Source: Lama guanicoe (Eukaryota). Taken from it: a DNA stretch of 64,000 nt. The position numbers were made by a program, and so were the translations under genes. Positions 25,146-40,999 of this stretch are shown piece after piece (position 1 is the stretch's first letter; each line of letters starts with the position of its first letter). The stretch spans positions 3,460,161 through 3,524,160 of the forward strand of contig MU054323.1 of assembly GCA_013239625.1 (NCBI GenBank), read 5' to 3'. The notes under the pieces were generated by a model. It did not search any database. It worked only from the letters and a program-made list of their open reading frames with translations, and was not told the origin of the DNA.

Positions 25146-25769
25146 GCTATTCTTTTCTCTTAACTTGCAGAAAAGCTGAATTCATGAACAGTCTCACAAA
25201 GTGACTATTTCATTCATCCTTCCAATAATTCAGTAAGCTTTTACTGTGCATCTTCAATGTGTAAGATTTTGTAGAGGAAAAAATGGACTAAAAACTATGG
25301 TCATTATTCTTAAAGTGTTTTAATCAGTCTCACAAGTTTCCTGGTAACTGGAGTAGCTCCTATCAGACCAAACCCTCTGGCAGATAACCATAAACTGGAC
25401 AAAATACAAAAAAAAAAAGAAGACTTTCACCTCAGAAAATCCCTTTTAAAAAAAAGTGAGGCTAAAGGGAAATGATATTAGATGGAAACTCAGATTATCA
25501 GGAAGGAATTAAGAGCATCAGGAATGGTAAGTATGTGCGTAAGTATAAAGGACTATTTTTTGTTTATTTCTTCAAAATTGATTTCTTCAAAATATGCTCA
25601 TTTAAAGAAAAATTCCATTATGGATTTGACAACATATGTAGATGAGCCAATTTACATGCACAACCAATACCTACTATAATAAGTATCTCTAGCTGTACCA
25701 TCATGGCACTTAGGGATTTAAAGCAAACCTAGTTTGAGATCAAAATTTTTTTTATCACACAAACATATA

Positions 25770-26091
25770 CTGTTGACCCTCTGTATCTGCGGTTTCTGAT
25801 ACATCTGCAGGCTTCACCAACCAGGGATCAAAAATATTTTTTAAAAATTCCAGAAAGTTCCAAAAAGCAAAATTAAGTTCCCTGAGGGCTGACAACTATT
25901 TACACAGTATTTACATTGATTGGGTATTACAGGCAATCTAGAGATGACTTAAAAGTGTACGCTGTTATGTGCAAAGGTTATAATGCAAATACTACACTAT
26001 TTTATACAAGAGACTTGAGCATCCTCAGATTTTGCTATTGGGCTGGGGAGGAACCTGGAACCAGTTTTCTGCAGATATTGACAGACAACTG
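25770..26091 (-). mobile_element. MER2-like (TcMar-Tigger) non-autonomous DNA transposon
   Basis: Imperfect terminal inverted repeats ctgttgaccctctgtatctgc / gcagatattgacagacaactg flanked by TA; body resembles the MER2 consensus as recalled. Confidence 0.8.
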
Positions 26092-26131
26092 TATATAAAT
26101 ACATATAAATTTTATATACATACATACATAC

Positions 26132-26166
<35 letters not shown>

Positions 26167-26172
26167 TATATA
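26092..26172. repeat. Compound (TACA)n/(TA)n/(CA)n microsatellite
   Basis: Direct read; starts at the TA target site of the MER2-like element. Confidence 0.9.
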
Positions 26173-28049
26173 GGAGGGGCTCCCCAATTATCTGATTAAG
26201 TAAAGGAATCTTGGTCCAAATGTGTCCTACCCTTCTCATACAAAGTTCTACATCTTAATATGATACAATTCATTCTAATGTCTAGTATAATCTGCTTAAA
26301 CCATCTTTGATTTCTACTGTTTAAAATTCTCTAAATTTGGACAGAATCCCTTTTATATTTCTTTAAGTACTTCACAGGATCTCCCATATTGCCCTAGACT
26401 CTATGTCCTTTTTATTTGTTTAATGATTAACATTTTTTTATTTCACTTTCTCTTAATCCTTGTATAAAAGACCTTGTATTTTCTAGATCTCCTATACCAT
26501 TACAGCCTCAACTTCTTCCCAAACCTAATGGCCAATCATCTGAAAGCTTCAGGATATTGCTAACATGTTATCAGGAATCATGTATTTTCAATTATGTAAG
26601 AGGTGTTCTACTATCTTAAGAATGCTTCAAATCCTACCAACTTGACAATACAGCCATATAATTTTGACTTTATAATTCAATTTGTAAGTACACATTAAAT
26701 GGTATCAAGCCCTGAAATCTGGGCTTAACATACAAAGATCATACCAATTACAATTATTTAAAAAAAAGAAACTTCCATGTGACATTTACTTGTATCCTCT
26801 GAAAATAAATTGTCCTTATTGAGATATTATCCCACTAAGGCCCAAAACATAAGATTCTTTTTACTTAGGATGGAAACAGCTCTAAAATGGACTCCTTATT
26901 ATTCTGCTATCCTGAAGAAAGCTTAATAGACAAATTTTATGTTTAAGATAATGTGGTACAAATAGTATGTGATATAGATTCAGAATATGAGTTCGAGTTT
27001 TAACTTTTGCCAGTTGTCTAACCTCTAAATATTACTTTATTTGTTGTGAAGATCAAATGAAATAATGTATCCAAAAGTGTTTTGTGATCTATTAATTAAA
27101 AATGATCAACAAATACTAGTTATTACTAAGAGCATACTACTCTAGAAAGAATTGATACCTTCTGAGACTTCTGGGGTGCACAATGTTTGTGTTTCTTGTA
27201 TGCTTCTGTTAGTATTTCAGCCTCTTCCTTTGCTGTCAGGTTAAGAATCACTTGACTTGAACGTAACAGCACCCACTTCTGACCTTTTAATTAGGTTGCT
27301 TTTAATTTGCAGTAATCTGTAGCCTCAGATATCCAAGTAAGGTAGACTTGTAAGAGTAAACAGGCTATAAGAAGGAAGATACCTCTAATAACATAAAAAC
27401 ATATTCTAAAGTTACAATCCTTTCTTAGGAATGCAATTTGGCATCATATACATAGGTTCGTATCTCTTGAACCAGTTTCCCCAACTTTGAAAATCAATCC
27501 TAAGAATAAATCCGAAATGTAAAAAAGCTCTATGTACAAAGATGTTTGTAGCAGAGTTGCATGCAGAGCCTGAAACTATAAACCACGTAACTGTCTCAAA
27601 ATAGTTAAGTAAATAACAGCTATGAAATAAAGTATCATGTAGCCATTAAAAATATTTGAGTTTGTAATTAAGAAAACACCGTAACAGCAATGTTAAGAGT
27701 GAAAGGAAATAAACCAGTATCTCTACAACCCTAAAGTGATCAGAGTACATCAACTTTTTTCACCTATTTATTTGTATTTTATTAGCTTTCTACAATCAAT
27801 CTGCATAACTATGAATGAGAGAAGAGAGTTTATTAAGGAAAAAAAAGAAGGGGGACAAAGTAAAAATAATGCATCCAACTTAAATTTTCTCAGGAGTAAA
27901 AGCATTAGAGCTTTAACAAAGGCCCTTTTTTGCTTACTTCTAAGTTTTCATCTGTGGTCCAAATAGATGAGGTCATAAGTTAAAGAAACTGAATAAATGA
28001 GAGACGTCTCTTAGCTCTATGGATCCATGTGGTGAATCACGCCCTGGTG

Positions 28050-28384
28050 CAGAGGTCAACAAAACTTTTTCTGGAAAGAGCCAGACAGTATACATTTTAG
28101 GCTTTGTGGGCCACATGGCTTCTGCTGCTCCTCAACTACGTATGCCTTTGTAGCACAAAAGTACACACAGATAATATCTAAATGAATAAGCATGAATGTG
28201 TCCTAAAAAAACTTTATTTCAGAACAGTGAAATCTGAACTCCACATTGTGTGTGTCACAAAATATTGTTCTTTTGACTTTTTCCCCCAACCATTAAAATT
28301 TCTAGAAACCAATCCTAGAGAGTAGCTCAAACAAAAACAGGTGGCAGGCCAGATCCAGCCTGTAAGCCAGTTTGCTGACCTCTG
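28050..28384 (+). mobile_element. MER58-like (hAT-Charlie) DNA transposon
   Basis: TIRs cagaggtcaacaaa / tttgctgacctctg; imperfect 8-bp TSD ccctggtg / ctctagtg. Confidence 0.8.
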
Positions 28385-31300
28385 CTCTAGTGCATTTACT
28401 TTTGAGTACTTCACAAAAAAATCAAAAGCAGATAATTCACTCTCAAATTTGAGCAAACTCAAAGTTAAGCATCAGGACTTTCCTTTCAACTTTCTCATTT
28501 ATACTCTCCCCATGCACATTTTTTCTCTTAATAACGAAAAGGAGATCTCAGATTACGTTTAAATGGAGGCAATTTTATTATTTTCTTTCAATGACCAGGG
28601 CAGGCTACAGGGAAAAGATTTAAAAGACAAAACAAAACCTGCAAAACAAGACTCAAGCTCAGTTTTTCACCTTAGGGTGTTATCATTTATTTCAATCATG
28701 AGGAGAATGGAGGAGAAAGTGGACAAAACAATGAATAGACAGAAACACTTTCAACTCTTCTGCAATAACCTCCATATTAACAATAATGAAGCTGAAGAGG
28801 TGGGGGTCCCACATATGCCACTAAGAGGGATTCTAGAATTTTTGCAAAATGCCACACCGTTTTGTCAAACTGCCATGCAGCTACAGATGTTGGTATCAAC
28901 TGATGGCAAAGGAAAAATAAGACTCTGGACATAATTTAACAACTCTCCCCTGCATGGTTAGACCTTAGGGATGAACAGAACAATCTTTTCTTCTAACAAG
29001 CAATGGAGTATTTAGCAACCAGTTATATAATATTGAGCTATGTTCATTTGAAGAAACTGTATCCAGAAATTACAGTACACAGTACTGCATGCAGGTATAA
29101 AGTCTGTCTTCCTTTTTTTTTTCGGCCTGCATCATTAAGCCATGAGACTTCCCAGTATTTCCTTAAACAACTAGAGTTTGCTAATATAGAAAATATGTAA
29201 GAGAACCTTTTTTTTATGGCCAAGACCCTGTGTGACCTTGAGGTAAATTTAAATTAAAAAGTTATAGTTTGAGGTTATGATTCTTTGTTTCCTAGCAAAA
29301 GAGCTATCTTATTAAGTTCTAAAATTTAACCATATTAGCTAATTTTTCTGTAGATAGTGTTATTACTAATTATGTGAAGAAAATGGATAAAGCACCTCAA
29401 ATAACAACTTGGTTAAGTTTTATGAGTTTTTATATTTACTAACGTATAATTCAAAAGTTCTACAAATAGTTTGTGTAAAGAACCAAGAATATGCATTGTT
29501 TTCTCAGGCAACATCTAATCCAATTTCTTAACATATACCTACCATAAAGGATAAGCTGGGGGGCAAAAACCACTTAGTAAGAGTGACAGTAAATGGTATT
29601 AAGGCACCATATTACACTAATCACATTTTCATGATATTATATTAGTTCTATTTTTAAGCCATAGTAGAAATTAAACACTGGTATTAAAATTAAAGGGGCC
29701 AGGAACTGTGTCTCAGCCTTCAGCCATCAAAATGCTCAATGTATACTGACTGTTTATAAATGCCTTCGTATCTATTAATACTTGATGCTCATTTTAACAG
29801 AGAAACAATGAACAAGGCTCTTCTTCAGACTTTCTGTAAACTGAAGACATTTACCAACATAAAATGAGTGCAGCTTTTCACTGGCACTTGTCCTCCAATA
29901 CCTAAAGGCTGTTACAACCTTGTTCATCAATTATAAAAACAACAAAATTACTTGAAAACTTAATTGACTGATATAAGTCAAAACACAGAAAGAGTAACTT
30001 AAGCTGCTTATAAAATATTCTTGCTAGTCACCCTCACTGGACTGTTTCTAATGAACATAATCATTGAGCATTAATGGTTTCCATTGCAAACAGGTACTAA
30101 GTCCTTAAGAGTACCTTAGTCTCTTCAGTATATTAAGTCACTTTTGCAAATTTGCCAACAAATAAATTTGCTTAGCACTGCCTTTTCTTACTCATATAAC
30201 AAAGGTAAACCTAAGTATTTTTAGTAGACCATTAGCCTTCACAGATTTAACATTAGAAGTCTCTCCAAATCACCACCAATACCTAATAATTTGTTATTTA
30301 TCTAGGGGTACATGTTTAATCATGCACTTTTCTAGCAGTATTGGAACAAGTCTCTTAGTTGGTGGTTAAGCCAAGATTCACATAAATTTTTTTTTTATAC
30401 TTACTGCTTATTTCTCCATGTACTTCATGGGGGAATTACATACTTGTTTTACTAGTTTTAAAAATAGAATTGTATTACTGACTCAACTATATTAAGGAAA
30501 AATCCAATTTTACATTTTGAATGAAATTTGCCCCCCAAAAAGTGTTATCAACATGTAGACTCCCAGAAACTAGAAATCTTCAAAGACCCTAGCTCAAATA
30601 TTCTAATTAAGATTAGAAATTAGACTGTTCAGCAACCAGCATTAAGACACTGAATAAAAATTTACCAAATATTTATGTGCAAGAATGCTTTAGTTCTTTG
30701 AGGATAAATCTGATATTCCAATCTCAAGGAGGCAAAATAAGGTACATTTACATATTCGCAAATATAAGGCAAGATTTTTTTCCTTCTTAAAATACTCTCA
30801 AAGGAGAACCACCATATATTTGAGTCCTTACAAAGTCTCTCAAATTAACAAGGCATTCTCTCAATGAGTTTATTAGTTTGAGAAATAAAATACTGCTTAG
30901 GGAAATTCTTTTTTTAAAAAAAGACAAAACACTGTTCAGAGAAGATCTATACAATAAAACAACATCAATCAATACTAGTTTTTGATGCTTTTAGATATCA
31001 CCTGAGAGAAACAGGTCAAATAACTAGATGGAAATGAAGATAACTGTTAGACACCACAAAGTGGCTGTAAGGAATCCAAGACAGATGTGAATTGTCAAAG
31101 ATATATTATGAAATAAGTCCTCCCAAAAGCTGTATTTCTAAATTAATGTTCTTTTAGGTGATTTAGTATGCCATCATTCTAAAAGTGGAACAAGCAGACC
31201 TATGCCTTATGGTATAATGTAATACGAAACAGCACCATTCCCTATGAAGAATTACTGCCTCAAAAAAAACCCTACTAAATATCAATCTAATGAAGCTGCT

Positions 31301-33319
31301 AGATCTAAATACTGATTTATCAGAAATATGAGTGAGATAAAAGAACAAAGTCAACAGATAACACAAGGAAGTCACAGCTCAATCCAGAAAACGGAGAGAA
31401 AAAAAAAATCACCTCGTTTTACTAACATATCTTTGACATAAAATTTTAAAAGGGGAGGAAAGAGGGAGGACTATTATATACACTACAAAGCTTAATAGTC
31501 AAATACTGTATAAACCTTGTGTGAATCTGGATTCTAACAAACCAACCATAAAAAAGACTTTCTTAGTGAAAATTAGGTAAATCTAGATATAGAATGGGCA
31601 TCAGATGGTACTAAAGAATTTTGTTAACTGACATAATAGCAAGAAGGCTATTTTTCAGCAAGTCCTCATCAGTAAGAGATTTTATGCCTAAACTGGCTAT
31701 TGTCTGGGATTTGCTTTGAGATACTTTTAAAAAGTAAAATATGGGTATAAGCAAGATTCCACACAATGCTGAACATGGATGACAGATATCCGAGGGTGCA
31801 CTGTACTATTCTGCTTGTGTCTGAAAACTTCCATAAAAAAGTGTAATAAAATAACAATATGACAGGCAACTACACAAAGCAGGTATCTGAGGTAGGCCTT
31901 TAAAGACAGGTACAATTCAGACACCTCCCCACTTTTTAACAAAACATTTATAAACTACAGCTTATACACAGGGTACAAGGCTAACTGACTTAGGGTCCAA
32001 GCTGTTGTTTAACCTAACATCACTTATCACTTCCTCAACCATATTCTTGAAAAGCAGTATAAGAAAAAAATAATTTTTTAAAACTGGCTTCCAAATGAGC
32101 ATATATCTCTTTGGACTAACTTCTATTAGACACCATTCCCCAAAGAGAACAGCAGAATTTATTGAGCACTCAATTTTATGTCAGAATCTCAACTAGGCAC
32201 ATTATCACTACACTGGATTTGCTGGAGCAAAGTAAATACTGTATTCCTACTTTGCAAATAAGGAAATTGTGGCTAATATCCCTACCCTAATAGACAAAGC
32301 GACTAAAATGGCAGAGGATTCAATATTATCAAGACTCCAAAAGTTCCACGTTCTTTTCCATACCAACCAAGCACAAACCATCACTCACCTGATGTTAATA
32401 ATTCAAGTCTGTAAAAGCTCTTCCCCCAACCTTCACCCTCCTTTTGCTTACACTATTCCAGTTCCCGGGACAGCTCTCTTGCCATTTATCTCTTCTGCGC
32501 AAATCCTACAAATCCCTTAACATCTGGCTCAAATGCCACTTTCTCCATTAAAACCTTCCTCCAAGTTATCTTTTTAATTCCCATGGTATTTAATTTGTAT
32601 TTTTCAATGTATTAATAGCATCATCTTATCCATTAGACTTTAAAACGTCTCTGAATCAGAATTAGGGTAGGAAAAACATGTACCATATTTTTACAAACTG
32701 TTCTGATTGCCACAGTGTTCTGTGAAATGTTAAGTCATGAGGGAGGAGACCAAAAGGACAGATACTAAGGATACTGTAATAGGGAGGGAGAGAAACATAA
32801 AATTATCAACTACGCAACCATTAAAAAGCATGGATATATTTATGCCTATATGGAAAAAAATTCTAGGATACTAAGTGAAAAGGCAAGGTGAAAAAGTGTT
32901 TCAAGTGTAACACTTTTGCATTTTACATTTACATTTTATAGTTCTATACTCTTTGAATATTTCCCACTTGTTACTTACATTTTAAAAATATTTAAACTAT
33001 ATACATGTCAAATATCACTAAACTTATTTATATAGCTATTATTGTAATCAAGTTAGTAAGTCTTACATACGGTAGAACTCAAATATAAACAAACCTATAC
33101 ATAAGATACGTATCATGACTTATAAAAAAACAGAAAAACATCTTTTCAATAAGCTAGGCATCATTTAAAAGAAAAATATTCTCACCTTAGTCTTATTTGT
33201 AAACTTTTAAGGGTTTTAAAAATGATATAAAGGAATTTACATGTATACACAATAACTATAGTAAATATCTCTAGCCACCCACTGCCATGACACTGTTGAT
33301 TTTAAAAAAGCAAAATTCA

Positions 33320-33480
33320 GGGAAGAGGTTATAGTTCAGTGGTAGAATGCACACTCAGTGTGCACAAGGTCCTGGGTTTAATTCAGGACCTCCATCAATA
33401 AATAAATAAACAAACCTAATTACTGACCACCTACCAAAGACACAAAAATAAAATAACATAGGCATATTTTACGAAAAATA
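33320..33480 (+). mobile_element. tRNA-derived SINE (Vic-1-like)
   Basis: Same head and AATAAATAAA...CCTAAT tail; TSD aaaaaagcaaaattca / aaaaaagcaaaatcca. Confidence 0.85.
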
Positions 33481-36400
33481 AAAAAGCAAAATCCAACTTA
33501 TAGATCTGAATATTCTCTCATCACTTGCCTTAAAGGAATTGTACCTGTGGTCAGCACTTAGCACTAGTTTTTTAAATCTAGGGTACTTCTTTGATATACT
33601 CTTCAAAGTGTTAAAAATGGAGCCAACGAAATCATACATTAAACTCAATATATTTGGCATTATACTATAATAAACATGATTTTCATATTTCTAGCTTTCA
33701 AAATATTCCATAGTATTGTTCTTTGCTTTGTAAGTATTCTTTGACAATAGGTTGGGGAGAAGAGGTGAACTGACGGAAAAAAAATTTACCATTACTCCTA
33801 TCACCCAAGACTATCACTGATCTGAAGTCAGAAAATCTCAATGAAAGCCAAAATACTCCAGTTCTAGGCTGTATTTCATTCCTAACAGCAATGTGAATAA
33901 ATAAAATTAATCACTATAGGAAGCTAACTCTAAGTTTACTGCCCTGAAGGTTAATTACCTGGGGTAAAACACACATTGTAAGATTTGGGATGGGTCAAAG
34001 GTGTGCCTTTCTCAGTACATATAGTGAGGACCTGTTACTCCCAGGAAACTAAATGTGCTAACATTTTGGAAGTTCTTCATGTACCCCTCAGGGATATGAG
34101 CATCCCAATTTTAAGGTCACTGGTTCTCAAACCCTCACAGTGCATCAGAATCTAGTTAGAAGATTTCAAAACTACAAATACTCATATCCCACCTATCTAA
34201 GACTTATTTGAATTAGCTTGGGCAGGGAGACAGGCATAGATTTTTATCAGTATTTTTTGAAGTTCTTCAGGTAATGCTTCCCTGTGCAGAAAGGACTGAC
34301 ACACACCATACTACCTATAGTTAAGGAATATATTCACAAACACTTAATAGTTTTCCAACTAAAAAATTTTGTACCATTCATCACGGTGCAACAGAAACCG
34401 AAATCAGAAGGTCTAGAATATGGTTCCATGCTTGCCTCTAACTAGCTGAATGAACTCAGACAGCTTGAACTCTGGTCCTGTTTCCCCACTTGCAAATGAG
34501 AGTAACAATGCTTCCCTCGTAGGGTTATTGTTAAGACTAAATTAGAGAATATATAAAGTTGCAATATAAGTTCTTTCTAGAGTATAACTTACCATAATGA
34601 GTGAACATTACTTCCTTATGTTTAAGACTCAACATAAAACCCTTTACCTCAGTAATTTCTCTTCTGGGAATTTACCGTACATAAACAGCAACACTAGTAT
34701 AAAAGAATGAATTGCGTAATATTTACTGAAGCATGGCTTGTACTGGTTCAAATATAGAAAGTGAACAATATAAACTCAACAAAAAATAGTTTAGTAAAAT
34801 AAAAAGCCATGAACTAAGTATTACAAGTTATTAAAATTAAAGTTATATACAAAAAAAGTCCATAATATTGAATAAAAATATCAAGTTGCCTAAGGTATGT
34901 AATCTGATCCCAGTGTTAACAAAAGGGCAATATATATATTTATTTTCATACTCCACATACATATATATAAACACCTAACTTTGGTAGGAGAGGAGGTACT
35001 GTTGGCTACATTTTTGTATTTCTCTGTGTCGTAAGGTGTGTTGATGTTAGCAAATTAAGTTGTTGTTTTTTAAAGGCCCTATATTAATACAGTTTAAATG
35101 CATTACAGCTTAGAGGCTTTAACAGAGTAGACTAGCAGCAATATTTTCAGTTTATATTAGTACTAGGCTGATAACCAACAAAGACTTGTCTCAAATGGTT
35201 ATCCGGTAATTCTCAATTGTTGCACATTCTCAAGTAGAATCAGTACAGCCTTACAGAGAAATAACTTCAGAAATAATAATTAGGTTATAACAGAAATCTA
35301 AAAGAAATCATTTGAATGCATGGTCTGAGACAACTGGGAAAAAAAAAAACACTTTAAGCAGCAGACTTAAATGAAGTTTTAAAAAGATTTTCCTCTTTAG
35401 GCTAAAATTTTCCAAAGTGTGTTTCTTAATGACCAACTCACAGTGTTTTTTGAAATAAGAGGTTCGTTGTCCAATACATTTAAGATATGCTGTTCTCTAG
35501 CACCCACGTGTTCTTTTGCAAGCTGAGAACATGGTCATTCTGGAATTCATTGTCATTAGCATAGTAAAGGCTCTAAGAAGCCCCGCAATTAAAACTGCTT
35601 AACTTTAACCCAGTTTATTATTGTAACTTTCTGTAAATATGTTAACATAAAAGATGGTATTTTAAGAAGCAGTTATTTCTAGTCATTCCTAAGAAAAGGA
35701 AAAGTAACGAGTTATATACTTGAACTTTCTTAACTTTTGTCTCGGAAAAGTCATAACTTTTGACAGTTCAAAGTTTTAAAAATGTTTAGTTTATTATGAC
35801 TATCATGAATAGTCAAAGAAAATTCATGAGCTGTACAAATCTGTAAATCATATAAATATGAGGAAATCTTTTAGGTGATGAATATGAATTGTGATTTTTA
35901 ACGTTTCTCAAATATTCAAGAACAAGCCTTGAACTGGTGATCTGTTTCCCAATGACTTAAAAGTGAGATGACCAAACCACTTTCCTAATGATATACAAGT
36001 TAAAAAAATTTCTAAGTTTTTGCTCAGAAAACAACAACAAAAACCACTTAGACTGCAGTGTCTGAAAAAGAGAAACCAGATAGATCTATGTTAGTTTCAA
36101 AAAACACTGAGTTATATACCAAAAAAAGTGTCTGTGGTACAAAGTGCCCAGTATTATTTAAAGGAAATTTACTCTACATTCATTTAAATAAAATTTTTTG
36201 GAAGGCACACCAAGTAACTCATAGGAAATAAACTTAATAAAACAAGAACTTATCTTAGGAAAACAACTAAGCAAATATTAAATAACAAAAATAGTAAATA
36301 AACTCTAAGTTTAACTTCTGAAAACACAAAGGTAAAAGGGGGAACACAATAAATTACATAAAATTCTCATTATTCAATTTGTTGGAGAAAACTTTATTTC

Positions 36401-39400
36401 TAAACACTAAGCTTTAAAAGGAATTTCTTGTTAGGGTATTATAGAGAACACAGAGTTATAGTAGGAAATATATTAATCAACTCTCTAAGCAGATACAAAG
36501 TTTCATAATCCCATTTTTTATAGTCAATCCCTTAAGGAAAGTCCTATTTCTAACTCCAAACACAATCCAGGGAAAGCAATTCACAGTGATTATGTTAAGG
36601 GTTCCTGGACAATATGGTCTAAATTTTCTCAAGTTATAATCTTGGATTTCCAAAGTCTTTTTCAGAATTGTCCAAATTAGAAAAGGTCCTTAAATCTGGC
36701 GGGCCACTACTTATCTCTCCAGTCATATCTTTCAAATTCTCCTGCCTACCTCCACTTTAGGTTCTACCATTCTCCCATGTCTGGGTCATTACACATACTA
36801 ATCCCTCTGGCTGAATGCCATTTCACACATATCTTGACTAAATTAACTTCTCTAAGTCTTTCTGGATCAACTTTACCTCTTGTGGAACTCTTCCTGACCC
36901 CAGTGTGTACCTACATGAGTCCACAGTACTTTGGGTAACACCGCCTCCACTGGTACTTAGTGTACTGCACTGTAAACAGGAGTTAAAGCATCTTCCTCTC
37001 CATTATGAACATAAGCTTAGATACAGTACAACTGTAAGAACAATGATCACTGTACCACCAACATCTAAGGGCATTCTGGCACATGACAGGCCTGCAAACC
37101 TCAAAAAATGAGTGCAAATTTCTGGTTGACAAGCTTGATGAAATGATACAACTTAGAACATCCAGAGTAACAAATGGATGGAATGTCAAATACTCCATGA
37201 ATATCTTCTCAACCAGATTTATGATGAAGATTAGCAAACATTTATCTTTGGTAAGATCCTTGAGTATTCCTACTTCTGCTAGTATAGGAGCCATATAATT
37301 AAGAGATTAAATGAAGGTACCCTTGGATGAAAAGCAATCAATTTTATTTCAACTGCAAGGTGGTCCTAGAAAACATCTGTAGGAAAAATTTGGAGCTATC
37401 TATCATCCTCTCTAAACTTTAAACCTTAATTCTGTTTATGTTGAATCGGTTTTACAAGATTCAGGCTTGCCATAGAAAGTGTAATGTTTTACATTTAATC
37501 ATGCTAAAAGAGCTGATAAAATATTACACAGATGTTAAATAAATGACCTGGCCACCAAAATGGAAGACACAAGTAGCTCCTATCTATATACAATTCTATG
37601 TTGGTATTTAAGAAAATCATACAACACAGTCCATATTTTTCTCTACCTACAAATTTCCCTCATTCAACTGCTTAACAAAGACCTATACTTAGGGTCAAGC
37701 TGCCTCTACCACTCATTTACCTTCTTTTAATGTCTGAATGAAAAACAACCATCTTATATAATTAATTAAGACTATCTCCCACTGATCCCTACTAAGTCTT
37801 TTAGAAACAGTGTCCCAAATCAGAGATTACCATTTTAAGATCTAGAACTTGCTACTCTTGACATAAGATGTCCAGTACAATAGAAACCACAAAGATTTCT
37901 CTCAAATTAGTCTCTGTACATACTTGTCCACCTCCCCTCCAACTAAAACAAAAAACAAACAAAAAATACCTTCCCCTAGCCCCCCACCCCCATACTATTT
38001 TTATGAACTCTAGCAGTCAGTTATAGGTTTTATTCTCCTAGGTAGGTATTGAATAGGTGGTTTTGTAGTGTCATTTTCTGGTCAATTTCACCAAATCCCT
38101 TCCAGGAAGCAGATTTTTGGAGCTTTTTCTGGCCCAAATAAACATATCACCCTAGATAGGTGATAATCACTGCCTTCTTTCCTGTCCCATTTGCAGTCAA
38201 AGTATTCTGACATTCACAACCCACCCCCACCCCCCATTTTATATTTGGCAGCTACAGTAAAATGCCCATAAGGTGTACATATCTGGATATTTTCCACTAC
38301 TCTACACTAAAATCTTTTCTCTTTCCACAAGAGACTAGTAAGACAATAAGAGAAAATTTGTGATGTGTAAACTGAAACTGGATGGGATTACAGAAGTTTT
38401 ATTTGCAGAGGTGGGATACACTAAAGAAACTATCCTTTTGCCAACATATTTGAATAACCATTCCTTTTTAATTCTTTAATGCAATTTAGAAAAATACAAA
38501 AATGAGTCAGGCAAGGGCCAAATGAAACCTTTCATTAAAAAAGTCAATATAAGAAAACTTTCAGCAATTTCATTAAGAATTAAAATGGGTCTCTGGAAGG
38601 TGAAACTTGTGTTCAGTTAGGCAAGTCTTAATTTTTCATTTATAAAGTTGGAGCTTTTGAGTTACTGGAAAGAAAAGTCACTAAGAAAAAAATATTAACC
38701 TCATGTCTCTAAGCAAACCGCTATGAGAAAATCTGAGAAGGAAAAGCATATATCATGTACCAATCTATGGAATAATTCTATACAGTGTTCCACTGGGAAA
38801 GCTTGAAAATATTTTTCTGTAAATTCACTTTTTCCACTACAAAAGCAACAAGTTTAAAAATAAAGAAGTCTTATATCTATATTGCTAAATATAAAAATCA
38901 CTATTAAAATATCAGCTTCTAAATGACAGGGTTTGAAGAAATCTTTCCCCACCACATCAGATTTCAGGAGTAGGAAACATAGGAGTTAGACTGCTGGTAA
39001 TCCAAACAGCTCCTTTTATTACTGAAAAGCTACACTGGCAAGCATAATTTAGACCTAGGCCAACAGGGCTTCCTGACACCACACCCCATAATTATCCTAA
39101 TCCAGTCACAAGTAGCCCTGGACAACCATGGTCCTTCTCCAGGAGGGGCACAGTCTACCCCTGGTAGCCTCAGAAGCAAAGTGCTTTCAGCATGGATCGG
39201 ACTCCCAAAGAGAAAGGATGGGAGCTGAGGCATTCGATCAGTTCCTTCTCACAAATTCGACAAAAGAGTGAGGAGGTGGGACAATAGGAGCAAGTCAGAC
39301 TGTTTTTATGCCTTCTTAAAAGTAGCAAGAAATCTATTTAATATGTCACAAAACAATTTACACTGTTGTAAGTACAATTTTTATCTTAATCACATGTGTC

Positions 39401-40999
39401 AGTAAAATGGCCTCAAACTGTGCAAGCTAGACAAAGCCACATGAGGTACAAGAATTCAGATATTTAAAATACATATCTATAAATTTTAAGAACATAAAAA
39501 ATACAGAATATTTTCCTATTTTAGAAACCCAACAAATTCAAAGGTTGCTGAATTACAAAGTACAAGGAACTTGAGTCCAGGAGACAGAACCAATTTCCCC
39601 TGGAAATTACGAAGATCCTGACAGTATCTACAAAAAGGAGACAGTCATGTCACTGAGAAGATTGATTCTGGATGTCACGTCTGGCCCAAACCTCTAATCA
39701 TAATTACTTCTGCTAACTAGGATAAGTATTTCCACAGGAAGACAAATTATCTTTCAACACCAGAAAGATTTATAAACACACATGGAAGGTTTAAGGCAAA
39801 CAAAATCCTAATATTAGTATCTGTGTTAAGACTGCATTATCTGGCTTACAACTAGTAATGCCCAAGAAAAACTGGTCTATTAAAGTGAAAACCTTATAAG
39901 ACCAATTTACATATGGCAGTAATTAATTTACACTTTTTAGAAAGCTGAAATCTCATTAATATTGAAACATCTAAGAGAACTTTAGACTCAAATTAGGAAA
40001 ACCATGTATTAAAAATAAACACACTTTAAATTGTTTGAAGATGCTTAAGTTTGTTAACAAATCTAACTAATGAAGATAAGAGTTAGACTTACGTAAATAA
40101 CAAAAATGAACTTTACCCAAAAAACTGAACTTTGAAAGCTTAAGAACCAGGATTCTGAAATATAACTTTAATTTTTAAAATGTGTGTAAACCTTTTCTGC
40201 ATACACAAACTTCCCTCAGGGTCACCAAAAGACAATTTTAAATAACTCAATTTCACCAAAAACTGGACTTTTAAAGACATTCTTGAAATAAGGGAAATAC
40301 CAACAATTATTTATGACGTCTGTGCAGATAAAGTAAACCATTTTAAAAAAGACATTAAAAGAACAAGAACAGAAATTTAGCCAATTAAAACTATATATCT
40401 TTTATTTTTTTAACCAGATTCCTAGCCAGACTTCCTTAAGCCATCCTTCAATGCTCCAGGTCACATGGTGAAGAGTCACCTATTAAACATGAATCTTAGC
40501 AGTAAACAAGCTTTTAAAATCCTTAGGTAACACCCTTTATTAATATTTTCTTGATATACAATACCTTTAGAAATATTACATTTCTCTTAAGCGTTTAAGA
40601 GCATTTTTCTAATAAAGCTTTCCCTAAAAACCTTTACCCCCAAAAACTGTCACTAGTTTTAAGATAAAATCTCATGAAGTACTAAATCCTTATTTTAACA
40701 TGACTGTCTTATCCCACCTATGTCCATACGTCCGCAATTCTCATCCCACCCCAATGTTTAAATACGTGTTAGAATGAAAAGCTAAGAAAAGTCGGTTTTC
40801 CTTAGCCATGTTCTCAGAAGTAGCACCAACTTTTACACGTGTGTTTGAGCATAAAATTTAACAATTAATTTCCCCCAAATTTGGCCCAGTTCAGATACAA
40901 ATCGATTGCTAAAATATTTGAAGCCTGTAATCTTTTCTCTGGTTTAACTTACACATTTTTTCTGAACATCGAAATCTGTCCCAGTATCAAAAACACAAC

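Noticed and set aside
39030..39233. Minus-strand ORF with KPCWPRS, reminiscent of Pumilio KHRWPTG, as the lost N-terminal exon
   Set aside because: No other motif (SQDDA, YFFQRQ) aligns and no suitable donor follows; the region looks more like a decayed LTR.
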